A DNA stretch of 54,466 nt, the filler included, from Porpidia crustulata (lineage: Eukaryota): the NCBI GenBank assembly GCA_964255105.1. It is 3 parts of 3 records of this genome, joined end to end, with 100 filler letters (N's around TTAATTAATTAA, not from the genome) between each part and the next. Parts side by side here need not be neighbours in the genome. Positions count along the whole stretch, not along the records: positions 18,215 to 36,304 come from CAXUWE010000193.1; positions 36,405 to 54,466 come from CAXUWE010000194.1; 1 more part is not named here. One strand, written 5' to 3'. A program made the position numbers and the translations under genes. The stretch's first letter is position 1. Each line of letters begins with the position of its first letter. Positions 24,901 through 36,998 of this stretch are shown piece by piece. The notes below the pieces were generated by a model that saw only the letters and a program-made list of their open reading frames with translations, was not told where the DNA came from and did no database searches.

Positions 24901-27900
24901 GCGGTAAATGTAAATAGGATGTTGTTCACTCTTGAATTCAGGCTTCTCTACTTTCTTGGGATCACCGTTCTCCAGTGGTGTTAAGGTAATCCCATTTGAC
25001 GACTGGGTTGACGTCAACGAAAGATTTGGCGTAAATGAGTTTGGCCGTGTGCTCGGCGCGCTTACGCTTTCCTCTGTAGACTCCTTTGTCGTAGGTGCTA
25101 GTTCCTTGTCCTCAACGTCCTTGTAGGAAAGTAACTCCTGGAGCAAGAACCAAATCACACCACTTGGTCTCTCTACAACAGGAGCTTTGGCCTCAAAGGC
25201 CTTGAATTTCTGCGCGGCTATCTTAGATTCTTCTGTAAGAACTTGTTGGGCTTCCTCTTTGGGTTCGTCTTCAAGCGTCCTCCAACCCTCACCAGATGCA
25301 CTAGATAGGCTTGTATCGGCCAGCTGTGTGGACGACAACTCCGTGCTCTCTGATTTCAAGACTAGAGTTTGAGGCCGTTGATTTTGATTATACTCTTTGA
25401 TCTCAAGCTTTTCATTTGTGACTTCAACAAAAATCTCCGGCGAACGTAAAACTAAGTGAAACATCTGCCTTACGTAGCCGGTGGTGTCGGAACCGCGTCT
25501 TGAGTCGAAGTTCGCCATTATCTCGCTCCGCATGATCTGTCTGACTGTATTATCATCTTCAACAATATGACGGAGCAGCACCATAAAAGAACTCTGGAGT
25601 CTATCGTTTGTAATGCCAGCCAATTGCTTAATCATGATAAAGAATCGCTGAAGGATCTTCTTCTCCCCAAGCTTTTCCGCGATCTCGCGGCTCCTAGATA
25701 AAATGACCACTGTACGAACCACAGACAAAGCCAGAGACTCGTCTCGACCAATCCGAGGGAGAATATCGACTATTGCTTCGAAAAGACCCATCTTCTCTTC
25801 GGGAGGGATTAGAGGCTCGAACACAGCAACTGATGGGGTATCCGGCCGTGTATTATCAAGCGCGGGTGGAGTCCACTGGACCTCCAGCGGCTGCACGTCT
25901 TCTGCGAGAATCTTCTCAATAATGAGCAGAGTCTGACCTACCCATGGCGATGCACCCTCCCCAACTTGATCCGGGAAAATCCTTATGAATCCCCGCAATG
26001 ACTCAAAGTTGCTTTTGAGCTCATCCAATGTAGCTTCGTAGAAGGAACGGTCCTGGATCACCAATGCCAGTAAATTAGCGTATGCAGCAATCTTCTTACC
26101 AGCTGGCCGGAAATCCTCGTCCATTTGAAAAGATATTAGAGATTGTACGAGGGTTTCGCCAATCTCTCTTCGCATGGTAGTTGCGTCTGCGGCTTTCAAG
26201 GCAGCTGCATTGATAAGGTCCGCAAGCTCGAAGGTAACATCATCATGAACATTAAGAACGTCAAGAGCACGGTCAATGAGGTTTCGTCTTATCGCAGAGC
26301 GCTCATTATCTAAATCCTCGACGACCACGGGCTTTTGTGATTTCATCGTATCCGAGACGTTGACCTGCGATGATGAGGGAGAGAGACGTTCGGAAGGAGT
26401 GTGTGCTAGGGCAGCGTTAATGTCGCGGCCAAGCAGCATTTCGTTGACCAAGTCATCAATGTTCATGGCTTCACTTGAAGTACTAGTACCAGCTTGAGCA
26501 GGAACACCTGGAGCTGGCGGTGGAGGTGAAACCGACGCTGTTACGAGGTTTTCGGGCTCGGGGTCCCCTACTTCAGCAAAGGATTCTTCCCTGATCGGCA
26601 GCTGCTCATTCGCTGAGGATGCCGTCAGCGGTGTCGGGTCATCCGCCTGAGGTGCATGCTCTGAATCAGGTATGGTAGCTTGAGAGTCTTGACGTTGTGG
26701 TGTCTGTAACGGTGCTGGAGATTTGGGTCTTTCAAGATCGTATGATGGTATGGGGTTCCTCGGCGCACGCGAGAAATTTTTCTGGGCTCGGCAGTATTCC
26801 TCTGCGGCATTCTGGATATTCATACATCGATATAGTGCCTCACGAGCTGCTTCCACATCGTAACCCTTACGGGTCAGATGGCTTATCTTATCATTATGAA
26901 TGCTGTAGGGTTTGAAGACGGCCTTGCCACGAGCCGGGAGCTTTTCCCCCCGTCGGAAGGCGCCTTGCTCCTCTCCCGCGTCCAATATGATTCTCAAAAT
27001 CTCGATCAGGCTCTTGATTATAGCACTTGACGCCTTATCGACGAACTCCGAGTCCCAGATAGATCTTACTTCTGGCAATACAGCCATCCGTAATTCTACT
27101 AAAAACTGAGCGGGGGAGAAAAAGTGTGGATGGCCACGGTCGCGGTCGTTTGAAGCGATAGCAACCGTCTGGCTTGCCTCCAAGATACATTTCGAGCTAG
27201 TGATCTGCGTGTAAAGATTCAGGATCATTTTAATACCTCCATATGCCGAGCCAAGGCGAGCGGCGCCGTCGTGTATTTGTGCCAACTCCTTTGTATCATC
27301 TGTGAAATTTTTCACCTCCGCAAAGAAAACTTCAAGTATTGACTTAATCGCATCTAAGCCTCCGATATTCTTGAAGGCCTGGAGCACTAAAGTAAGACAC
27401 TGCGAGTGCGGCCGATCGAGAGGACCTTCTATAATTAGTTGCGTGATTGATGTCAGGATGACGATGTAGTAAGCGTAGCAGTCCTTTACGGATGCTGCCT
27501 GTTTGGGCGCCTCAAATTCGAGCTGCTCAAGATTAGCTTCTGCCATGGCTTCTGCAACCATACAAGCGTTCTGGCGGGCGTAACTCTCTGGACGTCGCTT
27601 TGCTATGAGTGCTTTGCCAAGGCCTTTGAAAAACGGTACGATCGATGTTGGTATCTGGCTGAGAAGGTACCTTAAGGTGCGAACGTTCCTGAACTGAGCG
27701 GTCTTTTCATCTTTCGTCACTGATACCTTTCTCGTCTTCTTGGCCGCAACCAGACTATCATCCGTTGTTGGTTGACCAGGACTATCTATGGAGCTTGCTG
27801 TGGGATCAGTCGCAGGACCGACCGTGTCGGAGGGCGGTTCATCACGATTTATGAAGCCAAAAATCTTGTCAGCCTCCTCGCTTCCCGTGCCATATCCCTT

Positions 27901-30900
27901 GACTCGTGTAGCTTCCTTCCAGGAGTCAGGGAGACTCTTCTGAAGAAGGATCTCTTCCCATACACAAGCCCGGTGCAAGCGCCCAAGACTCTTCACAAGG
28001 GTGATGTACAGGTCCGTAAGATTGACTTGACTAAAAACTGTGTGGCTCGATCGAGAATTAAAAATGGGCGATGAAAAGGTCTCGGAAAGGACGTTGCAAA
28101 GTGTATGAACATAGATCATGGACTTGACGAGCTGATTGTGATCAACAGGCGTATGCCTCATTTCGCTCGAGGTGGTCTGATCAATAGATGTGAAACGTTT
28201 GAAATATGCAGTTCCATCACAGTGGTGTGACAAGGAGTCAAGCTGGTCGACTTCCTTTTGCGTACGCTTAACAAGCGAGGGTAAGACCAAATGGGGTTTT
28301 TGTTCCGCAAGCATGTGAACCACTCTGGCAATCTCTTGACTAGCACCTTGATTGTTGAAGTCGTACTGTAAACTGGAGAGAGTTGCAAAGTCCAATACAA
28401 ATTCCACGCCACCTATCTCGACAAATGAAGAGCACAAAGCTGAGTTTTCGAAAAATCCAACAAGGAACTTCATAGCTGCATTGATGTAAGTAGCGGTACT
28501 AGGTCCGTTTTTCTCATCTTCATCAAGGGTGTCTTCAATCTTTACGGGTGATGTTGGTAGTATGTTCTGTGGATTCCCCCCATTAGAGGACACAGCTTCG
28601 CTCATGACGACGTCGTTGTCGCTTTCGTGTGCTGGCCCGGGGGGGGCATTCTCACCGTGATGGCTAACGCCTTGCAGATCCGAATTTGAGATCCCAGACT
28701 CCGGAATTATCGCGAGTCCATTTTTGCCTGCAACCCACAGCTTGGCTCCCAGTCCTTTCTCAAGAGCTCGCGCTTTGCAAAGATACCCAACGCGACTAAC
28801 CATAGCCATGACCGAAATCATCACCGGGCTCTTGAGGCGTGGATGATGTCGGACCAATTCGTCAAAAGAATTGCCAAGAATCCTAGCCAGCTCACCTTCG
28901 ACGTCCATACACTTGACATGGTCTGGGCTTTCAAAGATCTCGAAAAAGCTATCAAGCGCCCCGGATTCTAAGAAAAGCTCCAGGCCAGTGTTGTTGAGGC
29001 AAATAGCGCCCAGTACTTGAGGTATTGCCAGCATTGCGTCTGAAGCAGGCAATATACTCTGGGCCAAGAGTTTGTTTTCCGCGCGCTCAAATCTAGCTTG
29101 TAGCTCTCGGATGGTGAAGCTCTGAGGCATGGCAACGCTCGATGTCACGGCACCCAGACCGTTGTCATTACCTTCAGCCATGGGCTGGGACCCACTTGCC
29201 CCGTCTCCCGCAGCATTATTTGTCTTCGAGATAACTGGATCGGGTACAGGCTTCCCAGTCATCGCTTCAAGTAAACCTCTACTAAGGCCAGCTTCTGCAA
29301 TCACAGCATAACTTGTAGGTTCATTGTGAATGAAATTGCTCATGATGTTGACAGCGCCACTCCATACGCTGGAGCCGAACATTTTGGCATTCACAATAAC
29401 CGTGCGGAGACCACTCAACAATGGTGGGGAGTCGATTAGATTTCGGAGCAATCTGTCAAAGTTCCCACTGCCGTGCGACATCATATGGTTGACGAACTTG
29501 AATAGCCACCGCAATGTCTGCTGCTGAAAGTACGGGACTTGATAATCAATGACCTGGGTCTTGAACTCTTGAGGAAGACCATCTCCATTGTTGGCGCGCT
29601 CCAAGGAAGAGTTTACCTCGTAAGCTATAAGATCGGATACTGTGTCCAAGCCCTTCGAATTTGCAAGCACCTGAAAGGCATCGCGCACACTGAATATGGT
29701 AGTATTCAAGAATGTCAAGATCCGTGGGTGAGCACGCTCTGCTTTACTTGTGCGGAGATTGAGAACCTCGATGAGAATGTCAAGTAGCCCGGCACCAATG
29801 AGTACTTCACCGGTTCTAGGGCTAGAACCCGGCAAGGTATCAAGCAAAGAGAACAAGGCTTCCCGCCATCGATCATGCTCTAATCCACCGACTTGACCTC
29901 GATCCAATCCATCTACTTGATCACCCTCAATCCCCATGTCCACTACCGCTCTGCGTAGGACGTAGAAAATCACACCATGATTGACATTAATGTTGAGGGC
30001 GGCACACACATCTGGTGCTTTTGCTTTGTGCTTGGCGAGTGCTTCTAGGGTACCAAGCGCCAATGTCTGCAGGTTCAATGGGAGCCCCTCCTTCCCGTTG
30101 CTTGGCGGATGAATGAGATCAGCAAGTTGATATGCAAGCTGCAGCCGTCGTGGTTCATCGGAGTCTTGATGTAAGATTTTCTGCTGAAACGTTGCTTCTG
30201 GGTAGATATACGCCAAGTTAGTAATCGCTAGTAATCGGACTGCGACGATATCCTGTCGAGTGGTTAGTGAGCCGGTTATCGCAGAAGCGACCCGCAATTT
30301 GGTCAACAAGTCGTAGTGAGAGTCTTGGGGAAGCTTCGATAAGTGTTCCGCGAGAATATCCTCTGTGGGCGGGTAGTATAGTTTATGGAGCGAAATATCG
30401 AGATTCTTCATGCCCCCCAGTGTAGGTTCATCGATCTTGTGAGTAGGAGAAGCAGCTGATACGTCCATTGAATCTTCCGAGTTAGAGGGTCGGCTTTGCC
30501 TGGATAAACCCGATGTCCGACGCATAGGAGTGGGTGTAATGGGAGGTGATGGAGATGCAGCTGAGCCTTTTGACGCGTTCGGTTTCGGATCTTCCTTTGC
30601 AACTACCGGTTTCTGGTAGTATTTTAAAAACACATCACCCCAGTCTTTCCATTCCGGGTTATCGTACTCTTCAAGCGCTGGTATCTTGCCTTTCAACTTG
30701 ACCTCGTCCGGTTGTGAAACATGATTGGTCGTCATTGTAATTAAGTCACTGGCATGAATAGGGTTGGTCGTGCTTAGCCGCGGGCTCTCTACACTATCGC
30801 TCCCCTTTCCAATGGACGTCATCTCTTTACTAAATTCTGTTCCCAAGACTGATGATCTCGACCTGACAAAAGGATTGGCTAATTTCTGAACCTTTTCTAG

Positions 30901-31579
30901 GTCGATATTGTAGTGACTGGCGAGTAAGGCATTATTGAGGTGCTGGCTAGCATTGGTACCTCGTTGCCGCGATGCGTGGTAGCGCTGAGCTAGTCGGACA
31001 GCGAGATGGAGTGAACTTATGAGTAAAGGCAAGCTTGTGGTATTCAATAAATCCCCGATACGATCGCTGCTGTTGTACAGACTTCGGTTACCACAGTTCT
31101 CCAAAAGCGCTCGGGAAAATTCCAGGACGGTCCGCACTAGTATTAAATCTCCATCCGCTTTGAATCCTAATCTATCGAGATATTGTGAGGCCGGAATAAA
31201 AACCTTCCAAGTGATTGATCCCTCATCTACCGCTTTTTCCAACAAGACTCGCTTGAAGGGACGAGCCTGGGGGCCGGCGTTGAGACCATATTCCAGAATG
31301 AATTGCTCGAGAATAGTATCGAATCGGTTAAACAATGGGATCCAGTGGTACAGATCTCCTCTAGGAAACGGCCATTGATGGGGGAATGATGCGAGATGGG
31401 TGAGCAGATCTGGTAGAGGGATGGAGGTACCTGTTGCCACGAACGCGGCTATGGCAGGCGACTAAGAAGGAGAACGCGTCAGAAGTAGCTCATCCCATGG
31501 TGGACTGACTGGAGAAAAGAATTAGACATACCACAGTTGCTTCATGTTTAGGCCCCGCTGCCTTCTTGATTCGCCCCAT
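18933..31579 (-). CDS. TOM1: HECT E3 ubiquitin ligase Tom1/Ptr1 (HUWE1 orthologue), ~4155 aa
   Basis: Exons 31579-31532, 31461-19482, 19432-19088, 19027-18933 (12468 nt, in frame). Starts [20 protein letters not shown]. Contains [12 protein letters not shown], a UBA-like segment, an acidic tract, UBM-like repeats ([28 protein letters not shown]) and a HECT domain with [15 protein letters not shown] and catalytic [16 protein letters not shown]. Ends EYFGFA*. Confidence 0.97.
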
Positions 31580-32602
31580 CGTGACGGCTGGAGTAGGGTA
31601 GTAGACTCATGTGAAGATGTCTGCTTCCAGAGATCGGAGCTTTCAGTTCTTCGTAAAGCGTAGGTGAATCGCTATGAGGGTTTTGCGAGCAGTTACTTCG
31701 TGGCACTGTTACTTCGCCTATGGGATATGACCTTTGCCTTGCAGTTGCTATATTATTAGTGTTCAGGAATGGGAGGAATAGATACCTTCGAAAAATGTCG
31801 CTCCGACAGTTTTTGATGTCCTTTGATATGTAGTGTGATGGATCTTGAGGTCCGGCAGAGGGCTGGATGAAGGTGACGGTGCTGTTTGGGCTGTGATTGC
31901 AGATCCAACCGATTGGTAGTGTTGTAAGCGGTTGAACAAAGCTCAACGGTGCAGGTCGTTGAACTTGATCTAGAGTCGCTTATGGAATCTGATGTGATAG
32001 CTGATGGGTATGTCAGGTATTGATGGAGGTCGTGAGGAGGAAGGTGCTCGAAGGCTAAACTTATTCTGGTGGTTTGGAGCTCGAGAAGGTAATTCGATAT
32101 TCCACATCCATGTAATTCGCGCTACTCTAGTGTCACGGCGGTTGAGTTTCACGGCTCGTTATAAACACTACGCACCACGCAATCGCGTCACCTATGATTT
32201 TGTAGCTGACGATGAATTACTATATATTTATCTGGGTCTTCAGTGTCAACTATTGAACCATACTTGACTCAAGACTACTCATCATCAACAAGGACTATTA
32301 CGAAGAAACCTCAGTGAATTAAGATCCTTCACGACATCCGAGGGATCAGCGCCATAGCGCGCTCCGTAGGCTTGATCTCGAGATGATTCTTCCCTTACAA
32401 CCCATAAACTCTGTCATGTAATCTGTGATTGGGTTCGGACAGTTGCCGCAAAATCTACGTCAGAGCTACACTTATAATGGGCAGTTATTCTAATCACCAT
32501 AAACGTTGGATTCCCCGGCTCGCATAGTTGCCCATCAACCAAGTATACACTCGATGCGCACCAGCACGTGGCTGTTGAGACACTCAGGCCACGCAAACCG
32601 AT

Positions 32603-33635
32603 CTACCAGATTCCCGGCAACATGACAGACCTCTTCTTCTTGTACTCCCCACCGAACTCCTTTCTATACCTCTGCTCTTTCTTCTGCGCCCAGACGCCCA
32701 TCTGTGCTACTGCCACTACGGCGAAGAAGACTGTACTCCAACTCCATGTGACCATTGCGATACCAATCCAAGCCAGCGCCTCAAACCCATAATTCGGACA
32801 TGTCACGACGTCAAAGCCGAGCCCCTTAGGAATCTTTCTTTCCGTGCCACCACTGCTGCGAAGGCCACGGAGTATTATATGTGTACCTAGGTTTGCCAAC
32901 TCTCCGATAATGAAGAATGCTAATGCCGGATAGGTAACGTATGGATTCGACTCGCCTGCGGCGGGAGCAGAGGGACGATAGGTGAAAAAGGCTATGTTCG
33001 CGCCCGCAAGAATCCAATAGTGGGCGCTATTCTTGAAAAGGTTGGACGCTGGCATAGTTGCGGCAGAGAAGCGGTGGACAAAGAGCGTCTCAATCTCCCT
33101 TTTGAGGAAATGTGTGGTCAAGAAGGCGAGGGAAAGTGTTTGTAGGTAGGAAGCCGACGATGTCAGGATGAAGTATGCGACAGGATGGATCAGGAGTGGA
33201 CCAAGATATTCAAGAATGAAGACGGTTCGCCAGGCCATTTGCGGACCTTTGAAAGATCAGTCAAAGCACAGCGATTACATGATCAATTGGGTCAGCCTCG
33301 TGCCCCAGGAAGCTTACCCAGATCCTTGACGTAAACGGTGCTCTGATCCCGCAAGCCTGTAGACGATATCGAGAGGTCTTTACTGTTTGGGACAAACGCG
33401 CCATCGCTGCCTTTGGTGACTCGCAAACGATGTACAGAGGTCTTTGCTTGTAAGGCAATTTGCTGGTATAAATCGGAAGCAGGGCTGGCGAATGGAATCG
33501 AAACTTCCTCGGGTAGTTTCTTCACCGGCTTACCTAGTTTACTATCAGTATATAGGTTGTACCTAAACGCGATCATCGGAGACCTTGATACACACCTCTG
33601 GGTCGCACGGACAGCGTCACAGCCTTGGAAGACAT
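32603..33635 (-). CDS. TSC13: Very-long-chain trans-2-enoyl-CoA reductase (steroid 5-alpha-reductase family), 299 aa
   Basis: Exons 33635-33596, 33533-33318, 33246-32603 (900 nt). Ubiquitin-like N-terminus, then VKDLGPQMAWRTVFILEYLGPL, HFLKREIETLFVHRFS, NLFKNSAHYW and VTCPNY. Confidence 0.95.
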
Positions 33636-34026
33636 TTTTTGGAAGTACTCTCTTATGGATGTCAGCTTATCTGCTGAGTGGTTGGAGGTTGGACAATCTG
33701 GGTGACAACGTTAGGCCCAAAATCGGTTGAGGTTCAACCGCGCGTTTAAACGATCTCCTATCTAATCTAATGAGATTAGATTAGAGTCTACCACTGCCAC
33801 TCCTATCCAAGTTATTTCATGTCGTGGAAGGACAGATTTTGTGTAGAAGAAAAGTCTCGATAAATCATGCAGCGATTCTGCGGCAATGAACTTAATCTAC
33901 TACATGGAAGTCCTCTATGCTTGATGTGATTTTGTGCGAGGCAAGGATATGATGCACTAACAATATGTTCAATACATTGCTGCGAAAATTAATCATATCC
34001 GCTAACCTAGCAGGAGACTGATCCAC

Positions 34027-35454
34027 CTACTCGATTTCATACACCTGAGTTGCTGCCTTGATATACCAATTCTCCTGCTTCTGGTAGTATTGATAGGGTC
34101 TCGGACTTGTATAATGCGACCGACGGCAACCATGAGGCAACGGACGCTTGGTAAAGCGATCCTCAACCCAAGTCAGCCATTGACGCTGTGACGCATACAC
34201 AGCAGGCACGTGGGTGGCATTCGCAAGGGTAATGTATTCTAGCTGGGTTTTCGGATCGTTTTTGCAGACATTGTCCACCGCCGCCGTAGCGAATTGGACA
34301 GGAATGAGGTCGTCGGCGTCTCCATGTATGACTAGCATTGGATCGGCGATCGGATGGAGACCATTCCCTGTCAGTTTCTGGAATGCCTGCACGTATGGAT
34401 CTCGAGGCCAGTCGGGTTGAATCAATCCCTCCTCTGAAAAAAGTAAAGCGGCGGGAGAGTTGCAGCCTTGGACTTCAGACAAGAGGTCCAAACGTTTGAT
34501 ACCAGCTGGAGTTAGGATTCTCTCGGGGTTGAAATCCGGAAATATGGTAGGGATTCCCTTTGCTAGTAGTACCGGGGCCTCGTTCTCGCTGGCGCCAATG
34601 AGTTGTACCTGCTCAACTATCTGGGTAATAGGCGACATGGCGACTGTTCCGAGATAGCCGTCGACCGGCCGATCGACCTGCCTTTGAGCAGCGCTCCATG
34701 CAACTCCTCCACCTTGCGAGTGACCCATTACGACGAACTCCTTTGATAGATCCCGGAATGCTTCCTGAGCGGCGTGCACCGCGTTGATCAAGTCATTCGC
34801 ATGAGCTGGAAACGCTGTATATGGATGTACAATCAATCTTCCTTCGACATCCTTGTTGACACCAAGTCCTGCATAGTCTGGAGCAACGACCACGTAACCT
34901 TCCAAAGCCAGGTTGTAGGGTGCTTCGGATTGGTACCACAGGTCCTTGACATGAGATGGCGCACAATTGCCGAATCCACCACTGGTACCGTGAGCCCAAC
35001 CGATGACTGGATAGCCATCTCGCTGCATTCGGGGTAGATAGGGCCAGAGAACGTAGGCAGAAGCAGGTATCTTGGAGCCATTCAAGGTTTCGGTCTGATA
35101 CATTATTCTTGAAAGTGCTGTATTCGGTGGAAGAGTGTAAGCTGACGTATTGGCATCGACTTGGACCTTTATGATACCACCCACGGGCACGAGGCTGGCG
35201 TTTGGTGGTACGGTATAGAAATCTTCATCGGCCACGGATCCATCTGCCCACTTTGCCTTTTCATATTCAAGTGCTATTGCGACGATTGGGGCAAGCTTTT
35301 CACTGACCCCAATCTCTGTACTCTGGCTAAGGAATACCTCCGTGGAATTGATAGCGCGACTCTGCAGGTAAGGAATCGTGCTGGCTGAAGCGAACCATAT
35401 ACCATGAGATAAAACGCTAAGCAAAAAGACTGACGTGCTTTTGAGATAGAGCAT
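34027..35454 (-). CDS. Secreted lipase/esterase (LIP family alpha/beta hydrolase), 475 aa, intronless
   Basis: ATG at 35454 followed by a signal-peptide-like MLYLKSTSVFLLSVLSHGIWFASA. WAHGTSG..CAPS, VVAPDYAGLG, nucleophile elbow GHSQGG, candidate triad residues in HGDADDLIP and ATH. Confidence 0.88.
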   Translation of the reverse strand: MLYLKSTSVFLLSVLSHGIWFASASTIPYLQSRAINSTEVFLSQSTEIGVSEKLAPIVAIALEYEKAKWADGSVADEDFYTVPPNASLVPVGGIIKVQVDANTSAYTLPPNTALSRIMYQTETLNGSKIPASAYVLWPYLPRMQRDGYPVIGWAHGTSGGFGNCAPSHVKDLWYQSEAPYNLALEGYVVVAPDYAGLGVNKDVEGRLIVHPYTAFPAHANDLINAVHAAQEAFRDLSKEFVVMGHSQGGGVAWSAAQRQVDRPVDGYLGTVAMSPITQIVEQVQLIGASENEAPVLLAKGIPTIFPDFNPERILTPAGIKRLDLLSEVQGCNSPAALLFSEEGLIQPDWPRDPYVQAFQKLTGNGLHPIADPMLVIHGDADDLIPVQFATAAVDNVCKNDPKTQLEYITLANATHVPAVYASQRQWLTWVEDRFTKRPLPHGCRRSHYTSPRPYQYYQKQENWYIKAATQVYEIE

Positions 35455-35899
35455 GGTAAGGGATTTATTCGAGAACAATCGAAGAAGAATAAGTAGGGAG
35501 ATCAAGACTGAACGCGTGACCCATGGCCTGGATGTGGCTTCATTCGTCGACCATACAATCGGCTTATATACTGAAGTCCATCACAACCTCATTTCCGTTG
35601 ATTTATAATGAAGCAAAAGCCACCAACAGCCGTCAAAGACTAGCCTGCTTTGCGGGTCCAGTGCAATTCGCGCACACCTAAGGTACGTATGACCACCAAA
35701 GAACCTCAATGGTAGAATCGAATCTATAAGATTGAAGTATAAATCAACTTGCATGTCACGTGATGAAACAATATGTCTAACTTTCTTTGATGTTGGTAAT
35801 CAGGATGCAGACACGTGGATTCCTGAATATCAGGAAGACTTGTCCTCGTATAATGAAGCGTTCCGCGATATCTCCCAACCGACAGCTCAATAATTTAGA

Positions 35900-36304
35900 A
35901 GGCTCATAAATTCAAAGCCCAACCCCCTCCCCAAAAAACCCGCCATCGAAAACTCAGCTACGTATAATCAACCCTAAAACCCGCACCACCATTCCAAATC
36001 CCAAAACACAGAATCTTGACAATCAAACAATAAAAACAACAGAATCACATCACTTCTAACTATCTATCCACCGCTACGCTAAAGCATAAGTAAGGTAGAT
36101 ATCCGAGTTTGACGTTCCGCGGGTGTGAAATTTTAGGAGTGGATGGTTGGGTTTGTGAAAGTATGGGAGTGTGGGGGGGTGTGTGGAGGGAGGAATTGTG
36201 TTGTTGTGTTTTTTTGTTGTTGGTTTTAGGTTTTTTTGTTCGGGTTGAATGTATGGATGTAGGTGATGTAGGGAGGGTATTTTGGGTTGAGTTTTTGATA
36301 GGAG
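35900..36304. repeat. Low-complexity tract: C/A-rich arm followed by G/T-rich arm
   Basis: About 35900-36080 is dominated by C and A (aaccccctccccaaaaaaccc, caatcaaacaataaaaacaac). About 36090-36304 is dominated by G and T (gtgtggggggtgtgtgg, tgttgttgtgtttttttgttgttgg). Ends at the gap. Confidence 0.7.
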
Positions 36305-36404
36305 NNNNNNNNNNNNNNNNNNNNNNNNNNNNNNNNNNNNNNNNNNNNTTAATTAATTAANNNNNNNNNNNNNNNNNNNNNNNNNNNNNNNNNNNNNNNN
36401 NNNN
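36305..36404. other. Artificial contig linker / assembly gap
   Basis: 44 N + TTAATTAATTAA + 44 N. Confidence 0.98.
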
Positions 36405-36998
36405 CCACCCCACCCGCGCGTCCAAACACCTGCGCACGCACTCCCTCCCTACTTATCCAGACTGCCTGACTTTGAGTCTGGAGTTTGGACTTTGGTGGCT
36501 TTTCAGTGGATTTAATGGTCAGGAGTGAGCAACGCAGAGGGAGGTGGGCAGTGGAGCCAGGCCGGGGGCGATGATGAAGAGCGAGACAGAGGGTTATGGG
36601 TAGGGAGGTTTGCTGCTTCCTACGCATACATATTACAGGTTACACTCCCTGCAAGTGGATCCGTGTCCGATGATGAGAAAGAAATGGCGGTATTAGGATA
36701 CCAGTGCTTCTACATGACTACATCGCTTGCTAATTACATCGACTGCCTCCCTTTCCCTTTCCTACCCACCAGGCCATCCAGGCCCGTGTCTGGGGATGGA
36801 GACTCATGGGGGTCGTCCCCGCTCAGAATTACGACCAGCGATCCATCTCACCAAATAACAAAAGAAACATCACGATTTCGATGGTAAATGGTCGGACCCC
36901 CTCTTCTTTGTACACATCTCGAAATGAAGGAACCCCGGAAACGCCGACGCTGGAACCGTAAAACGCCACTTTTTGAAAGGGGTATCATCAGGCTACTC

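Noticed and set aside
22058..25126. Ser/Ala-rich + strand ORFs inside TOM1, and similar antisense ORFs in DOCK, LeuRS and U2AF65
   Set aside because: Shadow frames of acidic or low-complexity coding sequence on the opposite strand; no independent motifs.
29882..29925. Imperfect 24-nt tandem duplication in TOM1 ([16 protein letters not shown])
   Set aside because: Small in-frame loop duplication with no evident functional implication.
35756..35836. Two CACGTG boxes and a TTCCTGA-ATA-TCAGGAA inverted repeat upstream of the lipase
   Set aside because: Short motifs expected by chance, 300-380 nt from the ATG, with no supporting evidence.
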